Source: Malacoraja senta (Eukaryota). From it: DNA of 64,000 nt. The stretch spans positions 8,434,001-8,498,000 of the forward strand of contig CM075989.1 of NCBI GenBank assembly GCA_038087875.1, written 5' to 3'. Positions 58,310 through 64,000 of the stretch are shown one piece after another (the stretch's first letter is position 1; every line of letters begins with the position of its first letter). The translations under genes were made by a program, and so were the position numbers. The notes under the pieces were generated by a model. The model saw nothing but the letters and a program-made list of their open reading frames with translations. It was not told the DNA's origin and did not search any database.

Positions 58310-58830
58310 ATCATAACATTTACGAGGCTGTTGCCAGGATTCGAGGGCCTGAGCTACAGGGAGCGGATGGGGAGGCTACGATTTTATTCCTTGGAACGCA
58401 GGAGGCTGAGGGGTGATCTTATAGAGGTGTACAAGATCATGAGGAAAATAGACAAGATCAATACACAGAGTATTTTTTCCCAAGGTTAGGGGAATAAAAA
58501 AAAGAGGACATAGGTTTAAGGTGAGAGGGGTAAGATTTAATAGGACACAAGGAGAAACATTTTCACTCAGAGGATGGTGCGTATATGAAACGAGCTGCCG
58601 GAGGAGGTAGTTGAGGAAGGTACTATAACAACATTTAAAAGACACTTGAACAGGTACATGATTAGGAAGAAATTAGAGGAATATGGATCAATAGACAATA
58701 GACAATAGACAATAAGTGCAGGAGTAGGCCATTCAGCCCTTCAAATGGAACTAGCTTAGATGGGGCATCCAGGACGGCATGGAAGAGTTGGACTGAAGGG
58801 CCTGTTTCAATGCTATATGACTCTATGACA
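58310..58830 (+). mobile_element. CR1 3' fragment
   Basis: 'RRLRGDLIEVYKIMRKID...RGHRFKVRG' remnants. Confidence 0.8.
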
Positions 58831-59859
58831 TAACCATCAACATTGCCTGTCACCGTTACCATTCCCCCATTTTACTGGAACAAGGTTCAGGACCTAGAAA
58901 GCCTGGACATTCAGGTTTAAGAACAGCTTCCTTCCCACTGCCACCCAACTATAGTAGCAATCGCCTCTTTCACATCCTGTTCCCAAGGATGCCACCATGT
59001 ACTCACTGCTTTTGACTTTGCACTTTTTATCTTTTGTAAATGACACTAAAATATGGCGACCTGTGCAAGAATTTCACTGTGCAGTGCATATGTGACAATG
59101 TAGAAACATTGTAATTCATTTAGGTAGAGATTAGGTAGTGTTTCTGACACATTGTAATCCATTGTTAACTGTACATCATTCCAATATTGTATAATATTCG
59201 TTTGCGCTCGTCTGATTTTGAATCACACTCTTTCACTGTTCTACCGCTTTGCATTCATCTTTGTATTTATCAATACTGCGAGCGTACTGATTACTCTGTG
59301 AGCTTCATGTGAACAAATAAATTAATTGTACCTGGGTGCGTTGCATCATGACAAGAAACTAATTTACAATCAGTTGCCATTTCATCGTCAAAGGTGAGGA
59401 TCTAAGCAACTTTATTCCTACTATAAAAATAAGTTGTTACACAAAAGCATTGCATAACACAGTACGTGGGCTGCCTGCCAACAAAGCATTTCTCTGGCAA
59501 CTCAAGTGGAATATATAGTATGAAAGAAACCTTTAATAGAAAAATTGTAAGATTGTCTGATGTTAGACACAAAAAGCTGGAGAACGGTGCATTCCTAAAT
59601 CAGTCTATGCCAATGGTGGAATCTTCAGCTACCTTCTGTCTTTGGAGTTGACATTTTGAATTGCTGCAACTCCTATCTTCTTAAAACTAGTCTTCAACTG
59701 CATTTCCTCAAACCTTTTCTATTCCCGAACCAATTCCCATTAGGATGCTTGATATGTTTAGCACAATCTGGAATTATTGTTGGGAAGGAAAGCTTTGTTC
59801 AAATTGTCAAGTTGACTTTTGGATTAAAATTAGGGTTACATTTAGAAAAGGAAAGCCAA

Positions 59860-60180
59860 GAGTCCACGAATGGCGGCAGAGAGAGTCGGCAGCTTCAGGT
59901 TCCTGAGTGTTCATATTGCTGAAGATCTGTTCTGGGCCCAGCACATTGATGCATTCATAAAGAAAGCTCATCAGAAGTTTGAGAAGATTCAGCATGTTGC
60001 CAAATACTGTATCAAACATCTACAGGCATACGGTAGAGAGCATACTGACTGGTTGCACCATGGCCTGGTTTGGTCATTTGAATGCCCAAGAACAAAGAAC
60101 GCTGCAGAAAGTGGTGGACATTGCCTGGTCCATCACAGGTATTGATATTCCCACCATCAAAGAGATCTACAGGAGGTGAT
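59860..60180 (+). mobile_element. Rex1/Babar-like LINE fragment
   Basis: 'SFRFLSVHIAEDLFWAQH' and 'VESILTGCTMAWFG...LQKVV'. Confidence 0.75.
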
Positions 60181-61919
60181 GCACAACCCTAACCAAACAG
60201 TATGAACACTGACTTGTCTAACTTCAAGTAGCCGTTGCTTTCCCTCTCTCTCCATCCCCTCCCCCTTCCCAGTTCTCCCACCAGCCTTACTGTCTCCGAC
60301 TACATTCTATCTCTGTACCGCCCACTCCCCTGACATCAGTCTCAACCCGAGACGTCACCCATTCCTTCTCTCCAGAGATGCTGCCTGTCCCACCGAGTTA
60401 CTCCAGCACTTTGTGTCTATCTTCGACCCTAACCACAACCCTGTCTCAGCACAAGAACTATTATATACTTTTTATATGTAGCACCACGTCCTTCAACTTG
60501 CACTGGTATGGCTTGGTTACATAGTATAACTTATTTATTATATTATTGTTTATTGTATTTTTATTTGTTGTATTACTGGATTAATTTTCCTATGAAGCTG
60601 CAGCAAGCAAGAATTTTATTGTTCCATTCCCAGCGCATATGACTATTAAACATTTCTGATTCTCTTGGTTTGGTTCATTATGTTCTATGTTTCTATGGGT
60701 TATTGATTGGGGATGATCAGCCATGATCACAATGAATGGCGGTGCTGGCTCGCAGGGCCGAATGGCCTCCTCCTGCACCTATTGTCTATGTTTCTATGTC
60801 TATGTCTGTAGATTTTACCAGAATAGGCCCACTTGAGATGATGGGTGACAGGACCTTAAGATACTAAAAAGAAACAAAACTGTGGAAGGGGAAACCGCTG
60901 AAATGTGAAAGAATTAATTGGCCCCGTTATAGGCAAAACAGGAGAGATCGGGAGGAGGGTAACATGCAGAAAACAATGACTTAACGTTTTCTCTAGTCTT
61001 TGTTCTGGACAGATATCAACTTGTTTGCCAGCTGCTTCCATTTCCATTAAGATAAAAAAACATCGCTGAACACAAGTAGGCATTTGAGATTAGCCTTCAA
61101 TTACAATGTGTGCTGAGTAGTAATAAAATAGTCAGGTCTTGGATGCCCGTCAGATCCCTTGGCCACTGAACGGAAAACATGCTGAAGACACACTTTAACT
61201 AAAGTTACTGCAGTTTCTCATCGAGTGGTATGAACCATTCGACGGATTAACAATCCAATTAAATGAATGCAAGATAATTATGCCGCCTTAACATTGTCTG
61301 ATACAGTGAGTAGATAAGAGTCACATCTTGTGAATTCGGAATCTCCAGAGAGTTGATGAGGAGACGGTGTCCTCAATATATACGTGTGGAAACTGGAGCA
61401 GGACATTCTGTACATCATTCTTGCTCCACTAATTTTGTCATTGTAATTGCAATTCTCTGCATCTTTAGCATACTAAATCCCATGGAAAAAGAGATGAAGT
61501 GCAATGTACAAGAACAAAACACATCTTTCTTTTGAAATATTATTCTTTTTTTTTTCTGTTTGCACTCAGTGGCAATTTTTTGTTGTTGCCCATGATACAA
61601 TTCTACATCAATATTTATCATGGAAACCAAGCATGTTAATCTATCCGCACAGATACTCATTCATGCTCCTTCACACCAAGTGAGAATGCAAAGGAGATAC
61701 AATGGACTACAGACAAATAAGGACACACAGTGCTGCAGTAACTCAGTGGGTCAGGCAGCATCTCTGGAGATCATGGACAGGTGCTGATTTGGGTTGGGAC
61801 CCTTCTTCAGACTGAAGAATGCATCACAGATTTGAAATTCAGTCTTATTGCAGTTAATTAAAGTATTTAAACTTTTTGTCCTATCTTGTTTTATTTTGTG
61901 GTTCTCTTTGTTGAAGTCA

Positions 61920-62460
61920 ATGTCGTATAGCATGGAAACAGGCACTTTGGCCCAACTCATCGATACTGACCAAAATGCCCCATCCAAGCAAATCCCATTT
62001 TCCCATGCCTGGCCGATATCCTTCTAAATATTTGCTATCCCTGTACCTGTCCAAATGTCTTTTAAATGTTGTTATTGTACCTGCCTCAACTACTTCACCT
62101 GGCAGGTAAATCCATCTACCCACCACCCTGTGTATGAAAATGTTGCTTCTCGGGTTCCTATTAAATCTTTCCCCTCTCACCTTAAACCTAGTTCTTGATT
62201 ACCCTACCCTGGGGAAATGACTCTGTGTATTCACGCCATCCATTCCCCTCATGATTTTATACCTGCAAAAGATCACCTCCCAGTCTCCTGCGTTCCAAGG
62301 AACAAAGTCCCAGTCTGCCCAACCTCTCCCTCAAGCTCAGGACCTCAAGTCCTGGCAACCTTCTCATAAATATTCTCTCCAGCTCAATTCCTACAGCAGG
62401 GTGACTAAAATTGAACGCAATACTCCTACTGCAGTCTCACCACTATCTTATACAATATCT
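61920..62460 (-). mobile_element. CR1 3' fragment
   Basis: ORF 61917-62180 'RGERFNRN...FIHRVVG...EVVEAGTITTFKRHLD'. Confidence 0.8.
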
Positions 62461-62763
62461 ACACGGCGCCAGTGTGAAACGGCCTTTAGTGGTCAGTGGA
62501 CAAGAGCTGTACGTAACGGATTAGTGTATCATCAAGTGACTCACTCGAGTACAGATGCATGCACGGTCTCCATCAGTCCTGTCTGTGCTTCGTGGTGTGC
62601 AGGTACAGTCCCTCATTCACCCATGTTATTTAGTCATTTTTAACCATCATTTAGGGATGTTATATGAATTAAAAATATTTAAGTATGTTTATGTTTATTT
62701 TTGTGAGTTTATCAAAAGTATATTTATGTATGTTTTTGTTAGTTTATGAAAAGTTTATGTGTC

Positions 62764-62843
<80 letters not shown>

Positions 62844-63141
62844 CTCTCTCTCTGTCCTCCAAGGTTAGTTCTTCTGTTTGCCTTTATTTGCTTCAGTTTT
62901 GAACAAGCAGTTTGATTTCTTTTTTTTTTTTTGCATTGTCAACAAAGTTGAGAAAAACATGTTATTATTTTGCTTCAACCAGTTAGCAGAAAAAAATATT
63001 ATGTTTGCCTTATGAACTTTACGTTTATGAAAGAGAAAGAAAGAGGTTAATGAAGATACATAATAATTTTATGTAGGGGTTCCCTGAGACATGAAAATTA
63101 TTTCAAGGGTTCCGTAAGGGTAAAAAGGATGAGAAACGCTG
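62461..63141 (+). mobile_element. Probable hAT (Charlie-like) non-autonomous element, one terminus visible
   Basis: Ends in aggggttccctgagac...aagggttccg..gggtaaaaaggatgagaaacgctg, resembling a hAT terminus; no matching left TIR found. Confidence 0.45.
62767..62852. repeat. (CT)n microsatellite
   Basis: Directly visible. Confidence 0.95.
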
Positions 63142-63319
63142 GGTCGATGATATCACCTATTTTTTTGCAAACTTGCTAAACATGAATTGTATGTTCTCAT
63201 CCAAATCATCGACACAGATGACAAAAGAAAGGGTCCAGTACCGATTCTCGAGACTCACCTTTGTATATTCCTCAATGATGGACCAAAGTGAGATCTAAGT
63301 GTGTCAGAATTGCAACTAT

Positions 63320-63624
63320 GTCCAGCTGGTAGAGCTGCTGCCTCACAGCGCCAGTGACCCAGGTTCAATCCTGACCTCTGGTGCTGTCTGCGTGGGTTTG
63401 AACATTTTTCCTGTGACTACATTGGTTTTCTCCGGTTTCCTCCCGCATTACAAAGACGCGCGAATCTGAAGGTTAAATGACATTGGGTAATTTCCCTTAG
63501 TGTGTCGGGAGTGCATGAGAGAGTGAGAATAACTTAGAACTAGTGTGAATGGGTGACCGATGGTTGGTGTGGACTTGGTGGACTGAATGGTCTGTTTCCA
63601 TGCTGTATCTCTAAACTAAACTAA
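63320..63624 (+). mobile_element. V-SINE (older HE1-like subfamily)
   Basis: ggtagagctgctgcctcacagcgcc head, ggttcaatcc, V domain, (ctaaa)n tail. Confidence 0.75.
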
Positions 63625-64000
63625 CAACGTTAGATAAATCTACCAGCAAAGACATAATGGGCCAAATGGCCCCCTTTTTCCCATGCAATATCCTACTGTG
63701 GTGCAGCAATAAACATTGCTTAAAGTTTCACCGTTTAAGCCTAACATTCAAGCAATAAAGTGTCGATTCACAAATACCCTCTGAGGAGCTTTCCATCATT
63801 GAGTGGAACAAACAAGGGAGCAACAGACACCAGTGATTTTATATACAGCTCTCTCTTTGCAACATTATATGGGGCAGTTTTAGTGAATTCATTTTTCTTT
63901 TAACTCCGTTCTGCTCAAGTAATATTTTGTTACCAAAATGATAGCTAGTTCATTGGTTCATCGTGATAATGGTGCCGAAAGATAAAAAAAGACAAGTAGT

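Noticed and set aside
1..64000. CRISPR arrays, rRNA, prokaryotic operons or defence systems
   Set aside because: Eukaryotic repeat landscape; no regularly spaced repeat-spacer array or rRNA-like sequence seen

Overview
Repeat-dominated vertebrate DNA, most likely from a cartilaginous fish (skate/ray). The basis is about a dozen HE1-type V-SINEs with CR1/HER1-like tails plus elasmobranch-type CR1 and Penelope repeats. I cannot support any host protein-coding exon; every long ORF is transposon-derived. Main elements: (1) a three-level nest in which a CR1 3' fragment holds a Penelope element (RT + GIY-YIG), which in turn is split by a young CR1 with an open ORF2 (16877-22206); (2) a second near-intact CR1 (33070-35688); (3) a degenerate DIRS-group tyrosine-recombinase retrotransposon with gag, RT/RNase H, methyltransferase-like and YR regions (~44290-48569); (4) two Harbinger-like MITEs, hAT remnants, a probable solo LTR, and L2, Rex1/Babar and RTE fragments. 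The most notable observation is three short TSD-flanked minus-strand retroposons (6364-6476, 55507-55646, 56726-56931; two families). Each 5' end folds by hand into a complete HDV-like self-cleaving ribozyme starting at the element's first base, and the 3' ends share ACGCAAGAAGAAG, so they look like ribozyme-headed, non-tRNA SINE-like elements. Penelope termini and their palindromic derivatives also carry minimal hammerhead ribozyme cores. All folds and family names come from manual inspection and need confirmation; boundaries of degenerate repeats are approximate.
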